A stretch of 64,000 bases of DNA from SAR86 cluster bacterium AG-313-D11 (GTDB lineage Bacteria; Pseudomonadota; Gammaproteobacteria; Magnimaribacterales; D2472): positions 4,881 to 68,880 of the forward strand of contig QBVW01000005.1 of NCBI GenBank assembly GCA_003284215.1, given 5' to 3'. The notes under the pieces are model-generated. The model did no database searches. It saw nothing but the letters and a program-made list of their open reading frames with translations, and was not told the origin of the DNA. Made by a program: the position numbers and the translations under genes. Below, one piece after another: positions 55,101 to 64,000 of the stretch (positions are counted from its first letter, which is position 1; each line of letters opens with the position of its first letter).

Positions 55101-57002
55101 ATGAATATAATTGGAACCAAACTAAACTCCTTAGATAGAAGGGTTAAAACTTTATTCGTACTGAGTAACGATTTATTTTTAGCATTTATATGCTGGGTAG
55201 TTTTTGGCCCTCCAATGGCAACAATTATTTCAAATAATAATTCTTATAGCATCATCTCAATTCTTCAATCTCAGATATACACTTTTTTTCTACCAGCATT
55301 TTTATTCTTAGCTTACTTTTATTTTTTTGGATATTATAAATCTCTAATAAGGTTTTTTGACTCTCGTGATTCAATTCTTTTATGTGTTTCTGGATCATTA
55401 ATTTTTGGGTTTTCTTGGGCAGCGCTTTATATTGAACAATATGACCTTATTTCAACTAGTTTATTATCGATAATACTTCTGCAAGGCTTGCTTTTATCAT
55501 CAGTTTTATATGCTTTTATAAATATTTCTAGAGATGTAGCTAAGTATTTTTTGTATCCGTATGAGAAAGATAAAAATGCAGACCCAGTAGTAATTTATGG
55601 ATCTGGAGAGTCTGCAAATATTTTGTTGAATGCTTTGCAGGGAGATTCATCAAAAAATGTCGTAGCTATTTTTGATGATTCAGCAGTTTTTAAAAATTTA
55701 CAAATAAATAATATTCCAATTATTTCTAGTTTTAATAAATTGATTCAATTGAAATCTAAATATACAAATCTTCAAGTTCTCTTAGCGATACCTAATATGA
55801 ATACTGAGATTAGAAGAAAAATTATATCTGATTTAGAAACAATCAAAGTTGCTGTAAGAACAATTCCATCAGTAACTGAGTTAATTTCAGATCAGAAAAA
55901 AATGACTGATCTTCAAGAACTTTCAATGGATGATATTTTACCAGGAGCAAGAATATCAAATCCAAATCTTATAACCGCATCATCAAAAACTTTTTTTGTT
56001 TCTGGAGCAGGGGGTTCTATTGGCGCGGAAATTACCCGACAGTTGCTTGTTTGTAATCCAAAAAAAATTATTTTATTTGAACTTTCTGAATATAATCTAT
56101 TTACAATTGAACGTGAGTGTTTGGCAATTATAAATACTAAAAATCTTGCCTCTGAAGTTGTTCCCATACTAGGTGATATCCGAGATAAGGAAAATTTAGA
56201 ACATATTTTTAAACAGTTTAATATTGATTTTGTATACCATGCTGCTGCCTATAAGCATGTGCCATTGGTTGAAAATGAGAATAATCTAGCTAAATCTGCT
56301 GAAAATAACATCATGGGCACATATAATTTAGCGCAAGCTTCTGTTGCCAATAATGTAAATTCCTTTGTCATGATTTCTACCGATAAGGCTGTCAGACCTA
56401 CTAATGTCATGGGTGCTACCAAGAGGTTTGCAGAGATCATAATTCAATCAATTAATGCTGATACGGAGTTTACTAAATTAAGCATGGTTAGATTTGGAAA
56501 TGTTATTAATTCCTCTGGCTCAGTTATTCCATTATTTTTAGACCAAATACAAAAGGGAGGCCCAGTAACCGTTACTGATAAAGAAGTTAAGAGATATTTT
56601 ATGACCATACCTGAGGCCTCAAGTCTAGTTCTTCAGGCTGGTGAAATATCTATTGGAGGAGAAGTTTTTATTCTTGATATGGGTGAGCAAATCAAAATAT
56701 ATGATCTAGCAAAAAAAATTATTCATTTATCTGGAAGAAATTATGTGGAGGCAGAAGGCGAAGAGGGTATACAAATACTCGAGGTCGGTCTAAGACCTGG
56801 CGAGAAAATGTTCGAAGAGTTATTAATCTCTGATTCTCAAACTAAAACTAATAATCAAAAGATTTTTAAAGCAAACGAATCTTTTATAAAATCAGATGAA
56901 TTAAATCCAATTATTAAAAATATGCAAGAGTGTATTAAAAATTATAATAATGCTGGTATTTTGAAAATACTAACAGAAAATGTTGAAGGATTTAAAAGAT
57001 GA
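55101..57002 (+). CDS. Membrane-anchored UDP-GlcNAc 4,6-dehydratase (WbpM/PglF/CapD family)
   Basis: 633 aa. Four N-terminal TM segments, a first Rossmann domain ('VVIYGSGESANIL') and a second ('FVSGAGGSIGAE…HAAAYKHVPLVE…STDKAVRPTNVMGATKR'). Confidence 0.9.
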   Translation: MNIIGTKLNSLDRRVKTLFVLSNDLFLAFICWVVFGPPMATIISNNNSYSIISILQSQIYTFFLPAFLFLAYFYFFGYYKSLIRFFDSRDSILLCVSGSLIFGFSWAALYIEQYDLISTSLLSIILLQGLLLSSVLYAFINISRDVAKYFLYPYEKDKNADPVVIYGSGESANILLNALQGDSSKNVVAIFDDSAVFKNLQINNIPIISSFNKLIQLKSKYTNLQVLLAIPNMNTEIRRKIISDLETIKVAVRTIPSVTELISDQKKMTDLQELSMDDILPGARISNPNLITASSKTFFVSGAGGSIGAEITRQLLVCNPKKIILFELSEYNLFTIERECLAIINTKNLASEVVPILGDIRDKENLEHIFKQFNIDFVYHAAAYKHVPLVENENNLAKSAENNIMGTYNLAQASVANNVNSFVMISTDKAVRPTNVMGATKRFAEIIIQSINADTEFTKLSMVRFGNVINSSGSVIPLFLDQIQKGGPVTVTDKEVKRYFMTIPEASSLVLQAGEISIGGEVFILDMGEQIKIYDLAKKIIHLSGRNYVEAEGEEGIQILEVGLRPGEKMFEELLISDSQTKTNNQKIFKANESFIKSDELNPIIKNMQECIKNYNNAGILKILTENVEGFKR

Positions 57003-58111
57003 AAAAATATAAAACTTTACTATTAATAATATTTATTCTGTTACCACACTCCATGGTACTTTCTCAAAACCTGGAAAAATTAGTTCTTGAACCAGGATTT
57101 AAAATTTCTATATTTGCTGAAGATCTCAGCTCTCCTCGTCAAATGGTAGAGGGGCAAAATGGAACTATTTTTATTGGAGAGAGATCAGGGCAGATTGTTG
57201 CTTTGACTGATTCAGATAAAAATGGTGAGTCAGATTCTAAGAGAGTCATTGCTAAAAATTTGGAATATTCGACTGGTATAAGCATCTTTGATGGTGATCT
57301 ATATTTTTCAGAAGTTAGCAAAATTTGGAAAATTGAGAATATTGAAAATTGGCTTAAGAAGAATACTACTAATGCAGACCTCCCTCAAAAAATTCTTGTT
57401 ACTGATCAATTGCCTAGTGACTCTTGGCACGGTTGGAAGTGGTTGAAACATGATCAGAAAGGGCGCTTGTATTTTAATATTGGTGCTCCGTGCAATATTT
57501 GCTTATCTGAAAATCCTCAATATGCTTCTATTTTAAGAATAAATCAAAGCAAATTAGAGCATGTTGCAAGAGGAGTAAGAAATAGTGTTGGGTTTGATTT
57601 CCATCCTGTAACAAAAAAACTTTTTTTTACAGATAATGGAAGAGATTGGCTTGGTGATGATTCACCTTCATGTGAGCTAAATAGATTGGATGTTAATGGC
57701 CAATTTTTTGGCTATCCTTATAAGCATGCATCTAATGTTCAAGATCCAGAATTTGGTGATCTGAATTCAGGTTTTGATTTTATTGATCCAATTTTAGAAT
57801 TAGGTGCGCATGTTGCACCAACAGGAGTCGCATTTTACGATGGTTCAATGTTCCCACCTAAAATGCAAAATAATTTATTTATTGCATTGCATGGGTCTTG
57901 GAATAGATCTAGCAAGGTTGGGTATAAATTACTTAGAGTTGAATTCGATAATAGTGGTAATGTTGTCGAGGTTGTTGACTTTATTTCAGGCTGGTTACAA
58001 GATCAAAAAGTATTAGGCAGACCCTCTGCCCCTTTAATACTAAGTGATGGCAGCATGCTTTTGTCAGATGATCAGGCTAATGTAATTTATCGCATTACAT
58101 ACTCGTCATAA
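56999..58111 (+). CDS. PQQ-dependent sugar (glucose/sorbosone) dehydrogenase-like beta-propeller, secreted
   Basis: 370 aa with a signal peptide. 'PRQMVEGQNGTIFIGERSGQI', 'HGWKWL', 'GVRNSVGFDFHP' and 'FFTDNGRDWLGDD' are typical of the soluble GSDH/YliI family. ATGA overlap with the WbpM-type gene. Confidence 0.78.
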   Translation: MKKYKTLLLIIFILLPHSMVLSQNLEKLVLEPGFKISIFAEDLSSPRQMVEGQNGTIFIGERSGQIVALTDSDKNGESDSKRVIAKNLEYSTGISIFDGDLYFSEVSKIWKIENIENWLKKNTTNADLPQKILVTDQLPSDSWHGWKWLKHDQKGRLYFNIGAPCNICLSENPQYASILRINQSKLEHVARGVRNSVGFDFHPVTKKLFFTDNGRDWLGDDSPSCELNRLDVNGQFFGYPYKHASNVQDPEFGDLNSGFDFIDPILELGAHVAPTGVAFYDGSMFPPKMQNNLFIALHGSWNRSSKVGYKLLRVEFDNSGNVVEVVDFISGWLQDQKVLGRPSAPLILSDGSMLLSDDQANVIYRITYSS

Positions 58112-58849
58112 ATGCTGCAATTAGATTCTTTTATAGAGATAGCTAAATCAGCTGCATTGCTTGCTGGTGAATATATTAAAGATCAACAAAATAAAGATTT
58201 AGAAATTCTTTTAAATGAAGGTAGGGATATCAAATTACAAATAGATGTTGATGCAGAAAAGATCATCAAAGATCGTCTTATTGCTGAAAGCTCATTCCCA
58301 ATATTAGCCGAAGAATCTGGTACGAGTAATGAGCTTAATGATTTTTACTGGGTAGTTGACCCTCTTGATGGAACTTCAAATTTTTTAAGAAATATTCCAA
58401 TTTCTTGTGTTTCTATTGCATTAATGAAAGATATAGATCCGATTTTAGGTGTAATTTTTGATTTCAATAATGATAATTTATATTTTGCCCATCATGAGTC
58501 AAAGGCTTATATGAATGATTCCGAGCTTTCAGTCTCTTCAATTACACTAAAGAGTGATGCCACTTTGGTGACTGGTATACCAGCAAAAAAAAATTATTCA
58601 GATGAGGAATTTAAAAATATGATTTCTGATTTCCAGAGTTGGAAAAAAATTAGAATGATTGGATCAGCTGCAATGGCTTCAGTGTATGTTGCTTCTGGAA
58701 GAGCAGACGCGTATTCAGAAAATGGAATTTTTCTTTGGGACATAGCTGCGGGTGCTGCGATCGTAAAGGCCGCTGGTGGTAAAGTTATTTTGCAGAATCT
58801 TACTTCTGACTATAGAGTTGATGCGACATTTACTAACAAAAATTTTTAA
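58112..58849 (+). CDS. Inositol monophosphatase-family phosphatase (SuhB/CysQ-like)
   Basis: 245 aa. 'ILAEESG', 'WVVDPLDGTSNF' and 'WDIAAGAAIV' are metal-binding motifs. It starts immediately after the previous stop. Confidence 0.85.
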   Translation: MLQLDSFIEIAKSAALLAGEYIKDQQNKDLEILLNEGRDIKLQIDVDAEKIIKDRLIAESSFPILAEESGTSNELNDFYWVVDPLDGTSNFLRNIPISCVSIALMKDIDPILGVIFDFNNDNLYFAHHESKAYMNDSELSVSSITLKSDATLVTGIPAKKNYSDEEFKNMISDFQSWKKIRMIGSAAMASVYVASGRADAYSENGIFLWDIAAGAAIVKAAGGKVILQNLTSDYRVDATFTNKNF

Positions 58850-58864
58850 ATAATAGTATTAATT

Positions 58865-60289
58865 ATGAAAGGGATAGTTTGGTTTAGATCTGATCTTAGA
58901 ATTGATGATAATCCTGCACTGAATGCTGCATTAAACAATTGCGATGAAGTCTTAGCTATCTATATTTTTTCTCAATCACAGTGGGAAATTCATAATGAAT
59001 CGAATATTAAGCAGGAGTTCTTATTTAACAATTTAACTGAATTGAAGGGATCACTTGAAAACTTAAACATTCCGTTAATAGCAATCAATACTGATTCATA
59101 TAAAACTTTATCTCAAGATTTATCTTCATATGCAGTTGAGCAGAAAATAGAGCACGTTTTTTGCAATAATGAATTCGGATTTAATGAGGCAGTTAGAGAT
59201 CAAAACTCAAAAGAGCTCTTGAAGATAAATAATATTCAGTTTTCATCATTCAATGATCAGGTCATTTATGATCCAGGCTTTCTCAAGACAGTACAAGGTA
59301 AGCCTTTCTCAGTTTTTACTCCCTTCAAAAGAAGATGGGTTGAAAACTTTGACATGAATTTTTTGGAATTAGAGTCGCTATCCAAAAAGTCAAAAAACAA
59401 TTCTACAATTCAATCTGATTTATCTGCTTTAAAATTTGTTAAAACACACTCAGTAAACATTGATCTTTGGCCTGCTGGAGAAAGGGCTGCCCAAGAAAAT
59501 CTTAAAAATTTTCTTCAATCAAAAGCTCAGTTTTACAGCGAATCAAGAAATTCTCCAATCTTAGATGGAACAAGCAGAATTTCACCATACCTAGCCCTTG
59601 GTATCCTTTCTCCTAAAAGATGTATCTTGGAAGGCCTAAAACTCAATAATTTTGAGTTTACATCAGGCAATAAAGGAATATGTAAGTGGATTGATGAAAT
59701 TGTATGGCGTGAGTTTTATAGAAATATCATGCATTCTTTTGAAAAGGTAAGTAAGAATCAACCTTTTCAAGACTATACAAACTCTATTCAGTGGCGATTT
59801 TCTAGCGAGGAGCTTGAAGCATTTCATACTGGCAAAACAGGATTTCCTATTGTCGATGCAGGGATCAGACAAATGCTTTCTGAGGGTTGGATGCACAATC
59901 GATTAAGAATGGTTGTTGCAATGTTTTTTACAAAGAATATGCTCCATGACTGGAGACTTGGAGAAAAGTTTTTTATGCAACACCTAATCGATGGAGATTT
60001 CTCCTCAAATAATGGGGGCTGGCAGTGGAGTTCCTCAACTGGAACAGATTCTGCACCTTACTTTAGGATTTTCAATCCTATTACTCAGTCCCAAAATTTT
60101 GACCCGAACGGAGAATTTATCAAAAAATTTATTCCTGAGCTCAAAGATGTTCCTCTTGCGCAAATTCATCAACCAAAAGACGATCTTTTTTCATCTGCTG
60201 ATTATCCAGCGCCTATACTTGATTTAAAAGAATCTCGTCTTAGAGCCATTCAAGCATTCAAAGATGCTCGAGAGGTAAGCGGTATATAA
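58865..60289 (+). CDS. phrB: Deoxyribodipyrimidine photolyase (class I CPD type)
   Basis: 474 aa. 'IVWFRSDLRIDDNPAL', 'TSRISPYLALG', 'WREFY', 'TGFPIVDAGIRQM…GWMHNRLRMVVAMF' and 'DGDFSSNNGGWQW'. Confidence 0.93.
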   Translation: MKGIVWFRSDLRIDDNPALNAALNNCDEVLAIYIFSQSQWEIHNESNIKQEFLFNNLTELKGSLENLNIPLIAINTDSYKTLSQDLSSYAVEQKIEHVFCNNEFGFNEAVRDQNSKELLKINNIQFSSFNDQVIYDPGFLKTVQGKPFSVFTPFKRRWVENFDMNFLELESLSKKSKNNSTIQSDLSALKFVKTHSVNIDLWPAGERAAQENLKNFLQSKAQFYSESRNSPILDGTSRISPYLALGILSPKRCILEGLKLNNFEFTSGNKGICKWIDEIVWREFYRNIMHSFEKVSKNQPFQDYTNSIQWRFSSEELEAFHTGKTGFPIVDAGIRQMLSEGWMHNRLRMVVAMFFTKNMLHDWRLGEKFFMQHLIDGDFSSNNGGWQWSSSTGTDSAPYFRIFNPITQSQNFDPNGEFIKKFIPELKDVPLAQIHQPKDDLFSSADYPAPILDLKESRLRAIQAFKDAREVSGI

Positions 60290-60372
60290 ATTCTAGAGAT
60301 AGATAATCAATGCTGGCGATTATTAAAAAACATCCGTTATAATTAAACTCAATTTTTTAGTGAGGAATAAGT

Positions 60373-61794
60373 ATGTCTGATCATCTTAAATTTTATATAA
60401 ATGGAGAATGGGTTGATCCATTGGGCTCAGAAACTATAGAAGTTATTAATCCATCTGATGAATCTATTATTGGTTCTATATCAGCTGGAACCAAGGAAGA
60501 TATAGATCTAGCTGTTGCATCAGCAAAAAAGGCTTTCAAAACTTTTGGTTTTTCTTCTAAAGAAGAGAGAATTCTATTGCTCGAAAATATTATTTCTGAA
60601 TATGAAAAACGCTCAGAGGACTTAGCAAAAACAATTTCAGAAGAAATGGGCGCCCCATTATGGTTATCTAATGTCGCTCAAGTAACATCGGGTTTTTCTC
60701 ATTTCAAAGATACTTTAGAAGTATTAAAAACTTTTGAATTTGAGGGCACTGAAAATAATTACTTAATTAGGAAAGAGCCTATAGGTGTAATTGGAATGAT
60801 TACCCCATGGAACTGGCCAATGAATCAAATGTGTACAAAGGTTGCATCTGCAATTGCATCTGGATGCACTATGGTATTAAAACCGAGTGAAATAACACCA
60901 TTTTGCGGAATTATATTTGCTGAAATATTAGATGCTGCAAAAGTTCCAGCTGGAGTTTTCAATCTTGTAAATGGCATGGGTCCCATAGTAGGTGCTGCTC
61001 TCTCTGAGCATCAAGATATAGATATGATGCACTTCACAGGCTCAACAAGAGCTGGAGTTGCTGTAGCTATTGCTTCCGCTCCGACTGTTAAGAGAGTTGC
61101 TCAAGAGCTTGGTGGTAAATCAGCTAATATTATTTTGGATGATGCTGATATTAAAAAAGCTGCCAGCGCAGGGGCAAATCATTGCTTTATGAATACTGGT
61201 CAGTCATGTAATGCGCCAACAAGAATGTTGGTTTCTGCTAAAAATTACGAAGAAGCAATAGAGGCTGCTGCTGAAGTTGCAAATTCAACAATCGTTGGCG
61301 CCCCTGAAGATGAGGGAGTTAAAATAGGACCAATTTCTAACAAAGTGCAGTATGAAAAAGTACAAAGATTGATACAGATAGGTATTGATGAGGGAGCAAG
61401 ACTTGTAGCTGGAGGATTGGGAAGGCCTGATGGATTGTCAAAGGGATATTTTGTAAAACCTACAGTTTTTGCTGATGTAACCAATGATATGACTATTGCA
61501 AGAGAAGAAATATTTGGCCCTGTGTTGAGTATATTAAAATATGAATCTGAGGATGAGGCCCTAGAGATTGCCAATGATACTGAATATGGCTTAGCCGGTT
61601 ATGTTCAATCTGGAGATGAAGATCATGCAAAGCAGGTCGCTAGAAGAATCAGAGCTGGTCAAATTAGTATCAATGGAGGCACAAGAGGTCCAGCAGCTCC
61701 TTTTGGGGGATTCAAGACTTCCGGTAATGGAAGAGAGCATGGCATGTCTGGTTTGATCGAATGCTTAGAGACTAAGGCTATTATTGGTAATTAG
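60373..61794 (+). CDS. NAD(P)+-dependent aldehyde dehydrogenase
   Basis: 473 aa. 'ITPWNWP', 'FTGSTRAG', 'ELGGKSANII', the catalytic Cys 'NTGQSCNAPTR' and 'EEIFGPV'. GAGGA is 6 nt upstream of the ATG. Confidence 0.92.
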   Translation: MSDHLKFYINGEWVDPLGSETIEVINPSDESIIGSISAGTKEDIDLAVASAKKAFKTFGFSSKEERILLLENIISEYEKRSEDLAKTISEEMGAPLWLSNVAQVTSGFSHFKDTLEVLKTFEFEGTENNYLIRKEPIGVIGMITPWNWPMNQMCTKVASAIASGCTMVLKPSEITPFCGIIFAEILDAAKVPAGVFNLVNGMGPIVGAALSEHQDIDMMHFTGSTRAGVAVAIASAPTVKRVAQELGGKSANIILDDADIKKAASAGANHCFMNTGQSCNAPTRMLVSAKNYEEAIEAAAEVANSTIVGAPEDEGVKIGPISNKVQYEKVQRLIQIGIDEGARLVAGGLGRPDGLSKGYFVKPTVFADVTNDMTIAREEIFGPVLSILKYESEDEALEIANDTEYGLAGYVQSGDEDHAKQVARRIRAGQISINGGTRGPAAPFGGFKTSGNGREHGMSGLIECLETKAIIGN

Positions 61795-62604
61795 TTAATC
61801 TAATAGATCAGGCTCTTGCTTTGTGATCATATCTAGCAGGGGCTGAAAACTTGCCCAAGCAGCTAAATCATTAGCTATAAATTCTCTTGTTTTGATTGCA
61901 GTTTCATGGGGTATTTTGGTAGTTTCCCCTGCAGCATCAGCCATCAGTTGAGAGTGACAACATCTTTCCATTGAAAAGTAATACCAAAGTGCAATATCAA
62001 TAGATGGGCCTGTAGTCAATATACCGTGATTTTGCAAAAAAAGAACTGTCTTATCACCAAGAGCATTTGCAATTCTGTCACCTTCCTCTGTCTCTTCCAC
62101 AACTCCAGAAAAATGATTATGTATTGCTTGTCTTTCATAAAAAGCACATGAGTCTTGAGAAATAGGATCGAGTAATTTGCCAAAAGTAGAAAAAGTTCTT
62201 CCATAAAGTGAATGTGAATGGGCTGCAGCATTTACATCTGGTCTGGCTTTATGCAGTCTTGAATGTATTGCGAATGCGGCAACATTCACTGGCCGTTCTC
62301 CTTGCACAACTTCACCATCATGATTAACAAGGAGCAAGTCAGACACTTTGATTTGACTGAAGTGAACGCCCAATGGATTTACCCAAAAATGATCACTAAA
62401 CTCAGGATCTCTCAGTGTAATATGCCCAGCGACTCCCTCATCGAAGCCAAAATGAGAAAATAATCTAAATCCAGCAGTTAGCCTTTGTAATTGATCTCTT
62501 CTTGTTTCTTCAATTGTTTTGCATTCCACCATTTCAATGCCCTTAGGCTTATTTGGTAGCTTGCCTTTATTAATATCGATGCTAATTGGTACAACTTTTG
62601 CCAT
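61795..62604 (-). CDS. Class II aldolase/adducin-domain protein
   Basis: 269 aa. 'GHITLRDP', metal-binding His residues in 'AAFAIHSRLH…AAAHSHS', and 'LQNHGILTTG'. Confidence 0.82.
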   Translation of the reverse strand: MAKVVPISIDINKGKLPNKPKGIEMVECKTIEETRRDQLQRLTAGFRLFSHFGFDEGVAGHITLRDPEFSDHFWVNPLGVHFSQIKVSDLLLVNHDGEVVQGERPVNVAAFAIHSRLHKARPDVNAAAHSHSLYGRTFSTFGKLLDPISQDSCAFYERQAIHNHFSGVVEETEEGDRIANALGDKTVLFLQNHGILTTGPSIDIALWYYFSMERCCHSQLMADAAGETTKIPHETAIKTREFIANDLAAWASFQPLLDMITKQEPDLLD

Positions 62605-62652
62605 AATGAATCCCTTAAAGTGTAAAATAGTTTACCCAATTACGGAGCTAAT

Positions 62653-64000
62653 ATGAAATATAGAGTCGAAAAAGACACGATGGGAGAGGTAAATGTACCT
62701 CATGATGCGCTTTGGGGAGCTCAAACTCAACGAGCTCTAGAAAATTTTAATATTAGCGGTATTAAATTTGCTTTCCCTTTTGGAAGAAGTTTTATAGAGG
62801 CCTTAGGTATAATTAAGTTTGCCGCAGCATCATCTAATCAAAAACTAAAGTTGCTTGACTCACGAAAAGCGAAGGCAATTAAAATTGCATCAAAAGAAGT
62901 ACTATCAGGAAATCACGATAGCCAATTTCCATTAGACGTTTTTCAAACCGGCTCTGGTACCAGCACCAATATGAATGCAAATGAGGTGATTGCAAATTTA
63001 GCTACAAAGAAAGCCCGTATTAAAATTAATGCAAATGATCATGTAAATATGAGTCAAAGTAGCAATGACGTTATTCCAACAGCAATTTGTATTTCTGCTT
63101 TATTAGATACCCAAAGACTTTTACTGCCATCTTTAGAAGGCCTTATTAAAGTTATTGATAAGAAAGCATCGTCGCTGAAGGGTCAAGTAAAAACTGGAAG
63201 AACTCACTTAATGGATGCAATGCCAATAGATTTTTCACAAGAATTATCAGGATGGAGTGCTCAATTAAAGGCTGTTGAGAAGTCCATTATTTCAGCTTCA
63301 AAAGAAATGGCTTATTTACCTCAAGGAGGAACAGCTATTGGAACAGGAGTTAATGCTCACAAGGATTTTGGAAAACTATTTGCTGCTGAAGTTTCAAAAT
63401 TAACAAAACTCAACGTTAAAACATCAACAAATTACTTCAAATCTTTAAGTGCTCAAGATTCAGCTGCTCAATTATCATCTAGCGTAAAAAACCTTAGTTT
63501 GGTGTTAACCAAAATATCAAATGATTTGCGATGGATGAATAGCGGCCCGCTTACTGGTCTAGGAGAAATCGAACTCGAGGCCTTGCAACCAGGAAGCAGT
63601 ATTATGCCTGGTAAAGTTAATCCGGTGATACCAGAGGCAGTAGCAATGGCTTGTGCTGATGTAATTGGAAACGATTTAACAGTATCTATAGCAAGTCAGT
63701 CAGGAAATTTTCAATTAAATGTAATGCTTCCAGTTATTGCCTACAACTTACTTAAAAGTATCAGTCTCATGTCTAATTCAATGCCTCTTTTAGCAAACAA
63801 AGCAATCAAAACTTTTAAAGTTAATAAAAAGAATATTGCAGAGTCACTCGGTATGAATCCAATCTTAGTAACAGCACTTAATAGAGAAATTGGCTACGAG
63901 AAGGCTGCGCATATAGCTAAAAAAGCCTACAAAGACAAAAGATCAATCATTGATGTTGCTCATGAAGAGACTGGATTATCTGTTGTTAAGCTAAAAGCAT
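62653..64000 (+). CDS. fumC: Fumarate hydratase class II (5' part; continues beyond the window)
   Basis: An open frame from the ATG at 62653 to the window end; it is absent from the ORF track because there is no stop. 'MKYRVEKDTMGEVNVPHDALWGAQTQRALENF', 'SSNDVIPTA' and the signature 'GSSIMPGKVNP' (63592-63624). Confidence 0.93.
   Translation, partial: MKYRVEKDTMGEVNVPHDALWGAQTQRALENFNISGIKFAFPFGRSFIEALGIIKFAAASSNQKLKLLDSRKAKAIKIASKEVLSGNHDSQFPLDVFQTGSGTSTNMNANEVIANLATKKARIKINANDHVNMSQSSNDVIPTAICISALLDTQRLLLPSLEGLIKVIDKKASSLKGQVKTGRTHLMDAMPIDFSQELSGWSAQLKAVEKSIISASKEMAYLPQGGTAIGTGVNAHKDFGKLFAAEVSKLTKLNVKTSTNYFKSLSAQDSAAQLSSSVKNLSLVLTKISNDLRWMNSGPLTGLGEIELEALQPGSSIMPGKVNPVIPEAVAMACADVIGNDLTVSIASQSGNFQLNVMLPVIAYNLLKSISLMSNSMPLLANKAIKTFKVNKKNIAESLGMNPILVTALNREIGYEKAAHIAKKAYKDKRSIIDVAHEETGLSVVKLKA

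Noticed and set aside
61245-61574. 109-aa antisense ORF inside the aldehyde dehydrogenase gene. Similar antisense or alternate-frame ORFs occur at 8676-8975, 21773-22066, 38648-38914, 27857-28150 and 17274-17564.
   Set aside because: All are embedded in CDSs with strong family motifs. Their Ser/Pro/Leu-rich composition is typical of shadow frames, and none has a start context or known motif.
1-64000. Window-wide look for CRISPR arrays, IS/MITE termini, prophage, toxin-antitoxin or known defence-system genes, rRNA or other structured ncRNAs
   Set aside because: I found no repeat-spacer periodicity and no transposase, integrase, nuclease or ATPase defence-like ORFs. Every ORF over 60 aa outside shadow frames is accounted for by metabolic, translational or glycan functions, and the intergenic DNA is too short to hide an array.

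Overview
Visibly AT-rich, very gene-dense chromosomal segment: 57 CDS calls (two partial), 3 tRNAs, almost no intergenic DNA and many start/stop overlaps. Synteny is gammaproteobacterial (gyrA-serC-pheA-hisC-tyrA-aroA-cmk-rpsA; infC-rpmI-rplT-pheS-pheT-ihfA; uvrC-pgsA-tRNA-Cys). The style suggests a streamlined marine gammaproteobacterium, but that is inference only. Layout: (1) 1-20.0 kb is a housekeeping gene train, all on the + strand. (2) 20.1-44.6 kb is a surface-polysaccharide island between tRNA-Cys(GCA) and tRNA-Pro(GGG). It holds ugd, a WbpO/WbpP-type UDP-GalNAcA pair, an AsnB-type amidotransferase, rmlABCD with a TylCIII-type C-methyltransferase, an FkbM methyltransferase, wzx, wzz-like and wzy-like genes, and two GT4 glycosyltransferases. 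It also holds a Gfc/Yjb (group-4-capsule-like) export module: a giant multi-SLBB Wza/OtnA-type protein, YjbH, a YjbF-like lipoprotein, and a convergent Ala/Pro/Thr-rich secreted protein that I read as an expanded YjbE/GfcA analogue. (3) 44.6-53.6 kb is a catabolic wedge: LLM-type oxidoreductase, SDR, HsaA/C2-like flavin monooxygenase, then an overlapping operon of two type-B carboxylesterases (the second a lipoprotein) and a lipoprotein DUF3604/PHP-like protein. (4) 53.6-57.0 kb is a second glycan module: PglC-type initiating phosphoglycosyltransferase, SDR reductase/epimerase, WbpM/PglF-type 4,6-dehydratase. (5) 57-64 kb is miscellaneous metabolism and repair: PQQ sugar dehydrogenase, IMPase, photolyase, aldehyde dehydrogenase, class II aldolase, and the 5' part of fumC. 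I saw no CRISPR, IS, integrase, prophage or recognisable defence/toxin genes. Most worth a second look are the non-canonical Gfc/Yjb export module with its low-complexity partner, the esterase-esterase-DUF3604 operon and the cytidylyltransferase-cupin fusion. Also notable are the domain-pruned housekeeping proteins (S1 without domain 6, PheT without the B2 OB-fold) and an ihfA-ihfB bicistron. All family assignments come from motifs read by eye and from remembered family signatures; no searches were run.
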